From assembly GCA_963772365.1 (NCBI GenBank), contig CAVYXA010000001.1, positions 896,001 through 960,000 of the forward strand: a stretch of DNA of 64,000 nucleotides. Direction: 5' to 3'. This document shows, one piece after another, positions 9,902-19,478 of this stretch; within the stretch, counting starts at the first letter, position 1; each line of letters starts with the position of its first letter. Under the pieces are notes generated by a model, which saw nothing but the letters and a program-made list of their open reading frames with translations, searched no databases and was not told where the DNA came from. Made by a program: the position numbers and the translations under genes. The stretch comes from an uncultured Verrucomicrobiae bacterium (GTDB taxonomy: Bacteria > Verrucomicrobiota > Verrucomicrobiia > Chthoniobacterales > UBA10450).

Positions 9902-12900
9902 TTATTGTTGTCGGAACTTAGCCGTGTAAGCGCTGGGCGTGGTGGGGGCGATCGTGTGTGAAATGGCGCCGCCATCGCTCCAGCTCTGCCACACATATTC
10001 ATGCCCGCCTTTGGTTTGCGGTGAAGTCGTTGCCAAGCTGTGACTGGATCCTGATAACCAGCTAAAGGCGTGCGCCGAATTGTATGTCACGCCATCCAGA
10101 ATGTAGGACAGCCCAGCCGGGCTTGTCTTTATCGTGACCGTGATCGGCCTTGGCGCCGGAGTGGGTGTTGGAGTGGCCGTTGGAGTCGGAGTCGGAGTCG
10201 GAATCGGAGTTGGAGTTGGAGTTGGAGTTGGAGTCGGAGTCGGAGTCGGAGTCGGAGTCGGGGTCGGGGTCGGGGTCGGCGTAGCGGATGGGTCCGGGTA
10301 CTCCTGCAATACAGGACGAGAATTCCGATGTATTTCCGGAGGGATCTGTGGCGGTCGCTGTCACGACCGCTTCGTCGGACGTTAAAGAGACCGGCAGAGT
10401 CGCGTCGATGATGGCGTTGCAGGTGACATCCGTGGTCACTTCGGCCGCACCAAGAAACCTCTCGCCTTCGCCGAAATTAGACATGTCGCATCCTGCATTA
10501 GCGAAAAATTCGATTCGAAAGATCGTGTTCGCGTTCGAGTTCAAGGAACCCGAGATAGTTGTCGTGCCGGCGCTCGAAATCGCTGAAGTGATAACCGGAA
10601 AGTTTTGCAGCCTGTTCGGTCCGCTGTCGCCGTCGCAAGAATCGTTCAGGGTGACGCCATTTCCGGCGAGATCAATTCCCAGGCTGGCGTTGCCGTAGAT
10701 CGAATTGCCAGCGAGGTGATTGTTGATGTTGCTGGTGAAACTTGGGATCATCACACCATTACGGCCATTCGACGCGATAACGTTTGCCGCAATCTGGTTA
10801 TTGTTCCCATTGACCAGGATACCGTAACCGGCATTTCCCAGTTGGGTCGTGCCGTTCACATTCGTCCCGATGTAGTTCCCCATAACGACCTCGAAATTTG
10901 AAGAGATGGCTATGCCGGCATCGCCGTTACTTCCTGCGGCGCTGCCGATGCTTGCGCAGATCACATTAGCAGCGCGCGGATCCACCCCGCCGACTGTCAC
11001 CCCGCGCTCGCCCAAACTAATCCCGCTCCTTGTGTTCCCCAGTGGGCTTATGTCATCTGCTTTCACGCCTATCGCATTGCCCTGAATGATCGTTCCAGCG
11101 GAGCTTGTGGTGCCGGTTGATCGAATGCCGTAATCGGTATTGCCGGAAACCAGATTTCCAGGAGGAGTACCAGGAATATCGGTCAAGCCACCAATCGTCG
11201 TATTCTGCGCACCGTTGGCAAAGAGAATGCCGGCATAACCAAATCCGGGTGTGCCGTTTCCGAGCGCGATCATCCCAGTCACATCCGTGCCGATGTAGTT
11301 ACTCTGAATTACGCAGTTGTCGCCCCCGTTGATGCTAATCCCGTGCACGCTGTTGCCGGAAATAACATTGCGCGAGGCCGCGGTTGGTCCTCCGATTCGT
11401 TGATTGCCCTGATTGACGTTGATACCGATGTGGTTGCCGAGGACCGCGCCGCCAGTGGCATCGACGCCGATAAAATTACCTTCAATGACGTTATTGGGAG
11501 TTCCCACGCTGATTCCATCACCGAAAGTGCAAATCACATTGCCCGCGCCCGGGGCAGTGCCGCCGATCAGAGTACCGACCGGACTGCTGCCTGAGAGCGA
11601 GAGGCCGACGGCACTCGTGGGGGCAGTTATTCGCATCGTTCCGTTCCTATTGACGCCGATGTAATTGCCCTGAATGGTTTGGCCATCGGCGTTGAATGCG
11701 TGGATGCCAGCTGATGTGTTGCCGGAAATGACGTTCCGCTGGGCTGGAGCCGGTCCACCGACGTGACTGCCTCCCGCGCTACCGTTGAAGAAATCAATCC
11801 CAAATGGATTGGGATGGGCGGCTAAACCAGCAGCGTCAGTTCCTATAAAACATCCTTCTACCGTGTGATTTGCGCTACCGCTAATGAGTACTGCCGCGTT
11901 AGGGAATCCGTTTATTACTAATCCGCGAATCGTGCTCCCGTCCGATCCGCTGGAAAGTCGCAGGCCGGAAGCGCTGCCACCACCCGCTGGACCGCTGAGC
12001 TCGACAAGAAGGACCGCGTTATCACCTACCGGAGAGCTATTCGGAGTGGCACCGGGCTGCGTGTAGCCATCAATGGTAACCGGCACAGTAATGGCAGGAA
12101 GCGGCGTCGAAGGCTGAATTGTGTGCACACCGGAACCAGGAATGTTGAAACCAATCGTGCCACCCGTTCCAGGTGGATTACCACATGATAAAATTGCAGC
12201 GCGCAAACTACCTGGCCCGCTGTCCGCGGTAGTCGTTACAATCGCACATGGCGTCGGAGTAGGTGTAGGCGTTGGAGGCGGGGGGAGCGGAAGGGTTCCA
12301 GCATCAAAATCCAACAGCAGGGCAACGAGGCCAATGCAATCCGACGAAACGAAGCTTGCCATCCCATCGATATGCAGAACCTTATGACCGGGCGGGCCGA
12401 ACGCAGAGCTAATCTCGAGGGTATGGATATCCCAAAGGCTGCCGTTAGACGCCCGGCTTGTGCCTGCATCCGCAACGGAATTTCCATCCCATAGCATCGA
12501 GTTATCCGCGATAGTTAGCGACCCAGTCTGAGTGGAAAAGGTGAGCGAGTTCTCCTCAAATGCTTGACCATCCGCGACATGAAACACTGCTTTTACGAGT
12601 CCACCGGCGTAATCGATGTTACCCAGCGTCGCGTGCCATCCATCATCTTCACCTGGAAAGCCTTCGGGAGCGTTCGAATCGTTACCAGTGAAGAAGGCAA
12701 GGTCTCGATTATTTCCTGGATTGCCGTCGTCAAAAATAACGATAAGGGAAGCGCCATTGGCGTTGCAGCCAGCGCAGTCGGACAAGCCTGCGACTGTATA
12801 CAGTCCATTCCCACTAACAAATGCAGTCACGTCCGCTTCAAACGCGCGGCTCGACTGGAAACCGGTCCAGCAATTCTCAGGAGCGTCGCCGAGCGAAATG

Positions 12901-13202
12901 CCAGTTACCGGGTTGCCGTTGATTGTCACAGTCGGGTTGTCATAAACCAGGCCAGCATTATCCGCGATGCCGTGCCAATACAGAAATGCTTGAGTAACTG
13001 GACCGTTTACGCCGGTAACGGTAATGGTCCCACTTCCGCCACCTACTCCCCCCACTCCGGCTACCACATAATCTACATTGCGAATGCTCCGCGCGTGGAA
13101 GATCGGGGTTGACTTCGTCGCGGCAGGAAACACCGAACAGATCGCGAGCAGCACGGCCAGCCGCCGCGACCTGATCCGGACAAAGGGCGTTGTATTTTTC
13201 AT
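9902..13202 (-). CDS. Large secreted parallel beta-helix surface protein with PT linkers and a small C-terminal beta domain; 1-nt insertion near 10291
   Basis: Signal peptide; [16 protein letters not shown]; repeated IxGNYIGTD/RNVISGN; removing one C in GGACCCATCC joins the main ORF to the (PT)n and WSDGG domain of ORF 9902-10309. Confidence 0.82.
10158..10282. repeat. Hexamer tandem repeat (GGAGTY/GGGGTC) encoding a (Pro-Thr)n linker
   Basis: About 20 consecutive hexamer units visible. Confidence 0.95.
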
Positions 13203-13211
13203 GTCACCCTT

Positions 13212-13240
13212 TACTGACCCGCAACGGCTTCGAGGTTACG
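13212..13240 (-). promoter_or_regulatory. Putative ECF sigma promoter CGTAACC-N17-CAGTA upstream of the beta-helix protein
   Basis: Same bipartite motif and spacing as 16240-16268; ends 9 nt before the ATG. Confidence 0.65.
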
Positions 13241-13426
13241 CAAAAAGTTCTGGAGAACGGCCGCCGCGGCAACTTGACGACCATCCCAAGTGAGGATCTG
13301 TGACCGACGAGCAACGCCGCACGCGGGCAAAAGCCGCGTCCGCCCGGACGGTTGAGCCGGAAATGGCCTTGCGGCGGCGTTGCGGCTCGGCCACATCCGC
13401 AGAGCGTTTTCGGTGGACGCGTCTTT

Positions 13427-16219
13427 TTAGTTGAGTGGAATTGGTTTGACTGCTTCGGCCATGAGCTGTGCGAAACGCGGATCATCGCGCAAGACATCCC
13501 ATACCGGATCGAACTTTAGGTCTGCGTAGGTTAGTCCGGCAGGCACCCTCGCAATTAGCGAAAGTTGCTCCAAGGCGAGGTCTTTCTCGCCGAGTAAAGC
13601 ATACGTTGTCGCCAGCCTCTGTACGTTTTCCGGTCCTTCCAGTGCGTCACCCGAAAGCGGGCGTAGCTCAACCGCTTTCCGACCTTCACGCACAGCATCT
13701 TCTTTTCGCCCCAGCCCAGCATCAATAACTCCAAAATCGGACAGCGTTCCGGGATCCGGGTCTCCACGCAAAAGAGCTTCGTCAGCCCGGCGCGTAAGCA
13801 GAAAGTAAGAGCGCATTTTTTCAAAATCTCCGCGCGCACGCGCGGCTAGAGCGGCCGAACAACCGAAGTATCGAGCGAACGACGGATCTTGATTCTCCCA
13901 TTGCGCCGTAGCCACACGTTCGGCCTCGGCGAAATTGTGCTCGCAATAGAGAATTCGAATGCGCAACTGGGCGAAGGACGAGCTACGGGATATTTTTTCA
14001 ATCGCAGCGTGCGCGCGAGGAAGCTCGCCTTGGGCGAGGGCGTTGGCGGCTTTGTAATTCCAGAAGTCATCCGCTGTTTCCGGAAAAGCAGCCAAACCGC
14101 GATTCGCAATTTGTTCCGCCTCATCATAATGACGCAAAAGAGCGTAAGTGACGATTACGTTAATCAATGCGCTCGGATCGCGCGGATCCAGCTCGCTTGC
14201 CCTCGCAAAATGCCGTAGAGATTCTTTCCAGCGACCGAGCCGGCGTTCGATTTTCGCGCTGCTACTAAAAACATCGGGACTATTGGGCAATAACCGCTCG
14301 GCCACGTCCAGCTCCCCCAGCGCACTATCCAGATCGCGTTGGCCATAGTGACGAAAACGAGCTGTAGCAAGATGAGTCTCGCCGGCTTCCGGTGCCAATC
14401 TTTGCGCGACGTGCAAAGTCTCTTCGGCGCGGGTGCGGCGCGCTACGTCCACTCTACCGGGAATCCAGTAAAGCATGAGATTTACATCCGTTAACAAACA
14501 ATACGCGAGAGCGAAATTGGGATCGCGTGAGATTGCCTGCTCCAATAAATCGGCTGCGCGCGTTAGCTTGTCGATCGTGGCCTGGTCGTCCGTACTTCCC
14601 ACTCGGTTCAACTCCTTTGCGCGCGCGTACAAATCGTAAGCTTGCAAATTCTGCGTCGGTGCGATTCTGATCGCTTTTTTTTCCGCGGAGGAAATTTTGA
14701 CACTCAGTTGCCCAGCAATTTTCTCCGCCAGCTCGCTTTGAATTGCGAAAACGTCAGTCAACTGCCGATCGTATTCTTCTGCCCAGAGATGTTGATCGGT
14801 GCGCGCATCGATCAACTGCGCATTGAGACGAATCCGGCCGTCAGATCGGCGTACGCTTCCTTCCAGCACGTGCGAGACGTTGAGAGCGCGTCCGATTTTT
14901 CGCAAATTCCGCTCGCCGCGGTATTGCATCACGCTCGTTCGACTGATCACCTTGAGGTCGGCGATCTTGGCCAGCTTCGTTAAAATATCGTCCTGAATTC
15001 CGTCGGCGAATGATGCGTTCGATTGGTTGCCACTCAAATCTTCAAACGGCAACACCGCGATTCCCGTCGGTGGCGGCGCGGGTTCGCGATTCCAAATCGT
15101 GACGGCAGCAAGCACGACGACTGCCGCCAACGATGCAACCAACGCTGTTCGCGTTGGATTCCGTCGAACCCATTTGCGGGTGCGGGTGAAAACATTCGCT
15201 GGACGCGCCTGAATCGGTTCGTGCCGAAGCCAGCGCTCCAGATCTTCGGCCAATGCTTCTGCGCTCTGGTAACGTTTTGATGGCTCTTTCTCCAAACACT
15301 TCAAGCAGATCGTCGCAAGATCGACATCGACCTTTGGATTCCAAAGCCGCGGATGTCGCGGCTCGGTTTCCATGAGTAATCGAATTGTTTCGTAAGTCGT
15401 TCCGCCGGCGAACGGCGGCTGACCAGTGAGCATCTGATAAAAAACCGCGCCGAGAGCGTAAACATCGGCGGCTGCGGTTAAGTCTTTTGTTCCACCCGTG
15501 GCTTGCTCAGGCGGCATGTAGCTGGGCGTGCCGAGGACATCGAAAGAATTCGTGATCGTGCTCTCGTTCTCGATCAATCGCGCCAGACCGAAATCGGTGA
15601 GATGCGGTTCGCCGTTTTTATCGAGTAGAATGTTTCCCGGCTTGATGTCGCGATGGAGAATTCCATGCTCGTGCGCAAATTGGACCGTACGGGCGATCTT
15701 GACCAGTAACTCCGCCGCGCGCCGGATCGACATTGGCTCGCGTTTGCCGCGGGACGAATCCGCCGTGGCGGACTTAAGCACTTGATCGAGCTGCCCGCCC
15801 TCGATGAATTTCATACTGAAGTAGCACGACCCATCGCGCTCGCCGATTTCGTAGATCGGCACGATCCGCGGATGCTCCAGACGCGCGGCCGCTTCCGCTT
15901 CCTGCCGAAACCTCTTGAGATGGGGCGTGCTCGCCCAATGACCGAGTCCGATCACCTTGAGCGCGACCGTTCGATTCAAACTTTTCTGACGCGCCCGATA
16001 AACGACGCCTTGTCCGCCCCGCCCAATTTCTTCGACCAAATCGTAATCGCCGAACTCCATGAGAATCGGCGCTCGCTTTGAAGCAGTTTCATTTTCGTCA
16101 AGCAACGGACCGAGGCCGGTCTCCAAGAGACAAATACTGCAAAATCCCTGCGGGGCGTCAGCGAAGATCTTGCCGCCGCATTTGCCGCAAACCCTGGCGC
16201 TGTTTGTTTGACTATTCAT
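13427..16219 (-). CDS. Hanks-type Ser/Thr protein kinase with N-terminal Cys4 motif, TM helix, TolB-like domain and TPRs
   Basis: GRGGQG, VALK, HRDIKPGN, DFG, GTPSYM; CGKC...CSIC; IAVLPF domain; TPR helices. Confidence 0.95.
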   Translation of the reverse strand: MNSQTNSARVCGKCGGKIFADAPQGFCSICLLETGLGPLLDENETASKRAPILMEFGDYDLVEEIGRGGQGVVYRARQKSLNRTVALKVIGLGHWASTPHLKRFRQEAEAAARLEHPRIVPIYEIGERDGSCYFSMKFIEGGQLDQVLKSATADSSRGKREPMSIRRAAELLVKIARTVQFAHEHGILHRDIKPGNILLDKNGEPHLTDFGLARLIENESTITNSFDVLGTPSYMPPEQATGGTKDLTAAADVYALGAVFYQMLTGQPPFAGGTTYETIRLLMETEPRHPRLWNPKVDVDLATICLKCLEKEPSKRYQSAEALAEDLERWLRHEPIQARPANVFTRTRKWVRRNPTRTALVASLAAVVVLAAVTIWNREPAPPPTGIAVLPFEDLSGNQSNASFADGIQDDILTKLAKIADLKVISRTSVMQYRGERNLRKIGRALNVSHVLEGSVRRSDGRIRLNAQLIDARTDQHLWAEEYDRQLTDVFAIQSELAEKIAGQLSVKISSAEKKAIRIAPTQNLQAYDLYARAKELNRVGSTDDQATIDKLTRAADLLEQAISRDPNFALAYCLLTDVNLMLYWIPGRVDVARRTRAEETLHVAQRLAPEAGETHLATARFRHYGQRDLDSALGELDVAERLLPNSPDVFSSSAKIERRLGRWKESLRHFARASELDPRDPSALINVIVTYALLRHYDEAEQIANRGLAAFPETADDFWNYKAANALAQGELPRAHAAIEKISRSSSFAQLRIRILYCEHNFAEAERVATAQWENQDPSFARYFGCSAALAARARGDFEKMRSYFLLTRRADEALLRGDPDPGTLSDFGVIDAGLGRKEDAVREGRKAVELRPLSGDALEGPENVQRLATTYALLGEKDLALEQLSLIARVPAGLTYADLKFDPVWDVLRDDPRFAQLMAEAVKPIPLN

Positions 16220-16239
16220 AGCCGGTCTTCCCGAGCGGA

Positions 16240-16268
16240 TACTGTGCGAAAATCGTTCGCGGGTTACG
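16240..16268 (-). promoter_or_regulatory. Putative ECF sigma promoter CGTAACC-N17-CAGTA upstream of the kinase, overlapping the sigma stop codon
   Basis: Identical motif to 13212-13240. Confidence 0.65.
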
Positions 16269-17013
16269 TTTTCAGAATCGCAATCAAATGTCGCAGCTCG
16301 TCTTCTACGTCACCCGGAACAGCGACAGTGTTCGCGATTTCCTCACGCAATAAAATCCGATATCGCTGTCGCAACCGATGGAACGCTTGCTTCACCGCAT
16401 TCTCAGTCATGCCTAATTTTTTCGCGATCTCGGCTTGCGACGAGCGGCCTGGTTCGTCCGCGAGCAGTTCTTTCAGCTCATTGAACAGCGCTTCGTTACC
16501 AGCTGCGTGATACTCGTCCCCCAGCCGCTTCAATACTTGTTCCAGCAAAGTCAAAGCCCAGCGACGTTCGTAAAGCAGATCGGCGCTCAAAATATCGGCC
16601 GGCTCGAGGTCAGCCCGTTCGCGTTCGGCTAGTTCATCCAGCGAAATGAGCGGCTGACCTTTGCCGCGTTTGATCGCCATTTCGCGCCGGTGCGATTTTG
16701 CGATGAAATTCTTCAGCGCGGTTAGAAGGTATGAGCGCAAGCGCCCTTTTTCTTTGCGAACTGCGTCGAAATCCCGCCGCTCAAGGAGCAGCCCAAAGAA
16801 GCCCTGGGTGAAATCTTGCGCTTCTTCCGGACTGTAGCCTTGACGCCGAACAAATCCGTAAAGCGGCCACCAGTATGTCCGGCAAAGTTTCTCCAGCGCT
16901 TGATCCGCCGCAGGCGATTGACCTTGCGCGGTGAGAACCACGCTCCATTGAGTCGTAACAAACGCAACGCCGCCGCCGGCACCGGCGCTTGGCTGAGAAG
17001 CAGCCTCGCTCAT
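16264..17013 (-). CDS. ECF-type sigma-70 factor, kinase-associated type
   Basis: FVTTQWSVV N-terminus, region 2 LCRTYWWPLYGFVRR..EAQDFTQGFF, region 4 AEIAKKLGMTENAVKQAFHRLR. Confidence 0.92.
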   Translation of the reverse strand: MSEAASQPSAGAGGGVAFVTTQWSVVLTAQGQSPAADQALEKLCRTYWWPLYGFVRRQGYSPEEAQDFTQGFFGLLLERRDFDAVRKEKGRLRSYLLTALKNFIAKSHRREMAIKRGKGQPLISLDELAERERADLEPADILSADLLYERRWALTLLEQVLKRLGDEYHAAGNEALFNELKELLADEPGRSSQAEIAKKLGMTENAVKQAFHRLRQRYRILLREEIANTVAVPGDVEDELRHLIAILKT

Positions 17014-17069
17014 GGAAGGAGCCGACCATTACACCGCAAAAGCTCCCGTGAAGCAACGTTTACTTGCGC

Positions 17070-17408
17070 CTACTTAAAAGCAAACTTCGCGAGTAATAAG
17101 CCGATGATCAGACCGACGACGATGCTTGATGGCACAACATACGGAGCGTCCTTTGATTTAAAGGCGCCCTTGGCCAGAAAAATCACCAGCCCGAAACTGA
17201 AGCCGTAAAGCATTCCGTATCCGGCGCCATGCCACCAAGATCTGCTCCCGCCTAACGATAGCGCCGTCAAAAGACTTATCAGAACCCCCTTTAAAGTCGA
17301 GGCGAGCAAGATCTCGACTTTGTAAGGTTCCCTTGGCTCGAAGAAAATCCCGATTCCGCCAAGCGCGCCCATGACCGCGCCGGTCAGGAGAACCATGACG
17401 ACACTCAT
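17070..17408 (-). CDS. Small four-TM hypothetical membrane protein
   Basis: Four hydrophobic segments; 4-nt overlap with the upstream gene. Confidence 0.75.
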   Translation of the reverse strand: MSVVMVLLTGAVMGALGGIGIFFEPREPYKVEILLASTLKGVLISLLTALSLGGSRSWWHGAGYGMLYGFSFGLVIFLAKGAFKSKDAPYVVPSSIVVGLIIGLLLAKFAFK

Positions 17409-17746
17409 GTTTCACCTTTTGGTCGCCGCATGATGTGAATCGCCAAGATCCGGCTCTGATGTCGCGCGAGCAGATAATCGATGAAATCGCCGATGATTGA
17501 GTTTGGTTTGTTGCCGAGCTTGGTCACAACGCGGCAGATGAGTGTGCAACTTCGAGCATGCCATTCCAGATTGATCGCGCCGTGAAGATCGCGCCCACTA
17601 TGGATCTTCGCCCAGCCGTGAGGCCGGCCCAGTTGTTTGGACCAGACTTTGATGAAACCGAATTTCTTCTCCAATTGCGGATCGCTCATGATCTTGTTCC
17701 GAAGCGAGCCGCGCCCGGTGGCGATGACCTGGATCACCGTTTGCAT
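17405..17746 (-). CDS. Hypothetical protein
   Basis: Tight operon packing (2-nt gap and 4-nt overlap); globular composition. Confidence 0.75.
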   Translation of the reverse strand: MQTVIQVIATGRGSLRNKIMSDPQLEKKFGFIKVWSKQLGRPHGWAKIHSGRDLHGAINLEWHARSCTLICRVVTKLGNKPNSIIGDFIDYLLARHQSRILAIHIMRRPKGET

Positions 17747-17748
17747 CG

Positions 17749-18306
17749 TTAGGGGGCTTTCGCCGAGGAATCATCGGCGAGCGAGCGAAACATTATGTAA
17801 ACATCGATAAATCCTTTGTCAGGATGCAGAAATGCTCTCGGCAATGCCCCGACGATCTTAAACCCGAGCTTCTGCCAAAGATGAACGGCCGCTTCGTTGG
17901 TCGAGACAACAAAATTGAATTGAATCGCCAAAAAACCGAGGCGGCGCGCTTCGCTCAGGCAATGCTCGCCCATGGCGCGGCCGATCCCCTGCCCGCGCGC
18001 ATCGCGTGCCACCATAAACGCAGCATTCGCTACATGCGATCCGCCGCCGCTCTGATTCGATTTCAGAATGTACGTCCCAACCAGTTGTCGACCCTGCGAT
18101 CCGCCTGACCCTTGATTTGTAGAAAATTCTTCGGCGACATAAGTGTTCGCACCGGGTTGAAACCAATACGCAAGTGCATTTTCCCGAGAGATGTCTCGAT
18201 CGAAGGCATAAGTGTCTCCACGGACGACAACTTCTTGGAAGATCTTCCAGATCCGATCCTGATCCGCAGGCGTGGCCTGACGAATTTGCGTAGGCGCGGT
18301 GCTCAC
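17749..18306 (-). CDS. GNAT family N-acetyltransferase
   Basis: ARGQGIG acetyl-CoA motif, NFVVSTNEAAVHLWQKLGF; GTG start overlaps the upstream TGA. Confidence 0.9.
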   Translation of the reverse strand: MSTAPTQIRQATPADQDRIWKIFQEVVVRGDTYAFDRDISRENALAYWFQPGANTYVAEEFSTNQGSGGSQGRQLVGTYILKSNQSGGGSHVANAAFMVARDARGQGIGRAMGEHCLSEARRLGFLAIQFNFVVSTNEAAVHLWQKLGFKIVGALPRAFLHPDKGFIDVYIMFRSLADDSSAKAP

Positions 18307-19361
18307 CGGTTTTGAAAGGTTAACGGAACGATCACGTATCCCTCCCGGCCGGGCTGGCTTCGCCATTTCTGAAGACCGTCAATGGCTGCGCGATCGAGCG
18401 CGTCGATTCCAGTGGATTGCAGCACTTGAATGCTTTTGACCGCTCCTCTGGAATCAAAATTCAAGCGGTAGCGGCCCGATCGCACGCCGCGAACACGCGA
18501 TTCCGGCGGGTAGATTGGCGGCGGAGCATACACGACCCGCGCCCTCAACGGTGGTGTTGCGGTGGGAGGCGGAGGCGGTGCACCGGGCCAACTGACGCTG
18601 TTGCTGGATTCGACGTCGTCGATCACTGATTCGATCGCACTGATCGGTCGCACGACTACTGAGCCCTGACCCTCCTTATTCTGAGCGGTCACGATACCCA
18701 AGACTTCGCCGTTCTGATCTACCACCGGCGCGCCCAGAGAAATTTCGGGGACGGATGCGGCAATACCAAATTCTTTGCTTTCGTTGTCGATCTCCTTGTC
18801 GGAAATCTTCGCCTCCGCAGGTGCACCTTCTGCGCCGGCCAGCGGACAACCGACCACTGCAACTTGCATCTGCGGCTCGACCCTTGCCGATTTGTTAAGC
18901 GCGACAAAAGGAACCTGTTTTACGTCGGCGTTGAGCACCGCCAAATCCATTTTAGACGAAGAAGCTAAGACTCCCGCGATGTTGTAAAGGCCGTCATTTG
19001 CAGTTTTGGCCACCGCGTTAACGGCTCCGTCCATTGTGTGCAACGTCGTGATGATCCTGCCCGTATCAGAAACAAAGAAACCCGTGCCGGTCCTCAATAC
19101 TTTTCCCGATGAATCGAAAGCGGTGATCAAAATCACCGCTGGCTGGACCTTTGCAGCTGCTTGTTTGAAGTCTTGACCTTCTGTTGGTGGCGGCGATGGA
19201 GACGGAGTTGCCTGGAACGCTGGAGTGGAGCTCGGAACCGGAGTTGATTGTTCGAGGAGTGGCTCGCTACCCGTTTGCGGTGCCGTTTTTGCCTTGCAAC
19301 CCGGCATTGTGCAAAGCCCGAGACACAGAATTACGCAACAACTCAGCCGCAGATATTTCAT
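18303..19361 (-). CDS. Putative lipoprotein: trypsin-like domain fused to a TonB C-terminal domain
   Basis: Lipobox-like MPGC; GTGFFV, TTLH, DLAVL; Pro-rich linker; PIYP...QSTG...LDRAAIDGLQKW. Confidence 0.8.
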   Translation of the reverse strand: MKYLRLSCCVILCLGLCTMPGCKAKTAPQTGSEPLLEQSTPVPSSTPAFQATPSPSPPPTEGQDFKQAAAKVQPAVILITAFDSSGKVLRTGTGFFVSDTGRIITTLHTMDGAVNAVAKTANDGLYNIAGVLASSSKMDLAVLNADVKQVPFVALNKSARVEPQMQVAVVGCPLAGAEGAPAEAKISDKEIDNESKEFGIAASVPEISLGAPVVDQNGEVLGIVTAQNKEGQGSVVVRPISAIESVIDDVESSNSVSWPGAPPPPPTATPPLRARVVYAPPPIYPPESRVRGVRSGRYRLNFDSRGAVKSIQVLQSTGIDALDRAAIDGLQKWRSQPGREGYVIVPLTFQNR

Positions 19362-19478
19362 TTCGAGCGCATGATTGTGGAGCATCGCACCAAGTTCGAT
19401 CAAGCCGGTAAAACGCAGTCGGCTCTGCCGATTCTAAGCACTCATTGCTCCGATGAAAGCCCCATCGCCGATAAGTCA

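Noticed and set aside
10062..10290. (DP/DS/NS)n tail resembling an SD-repeat adhesin
   Set aside because: It is the shifted reading of the (PT)n linker after the 1-nt insertion.
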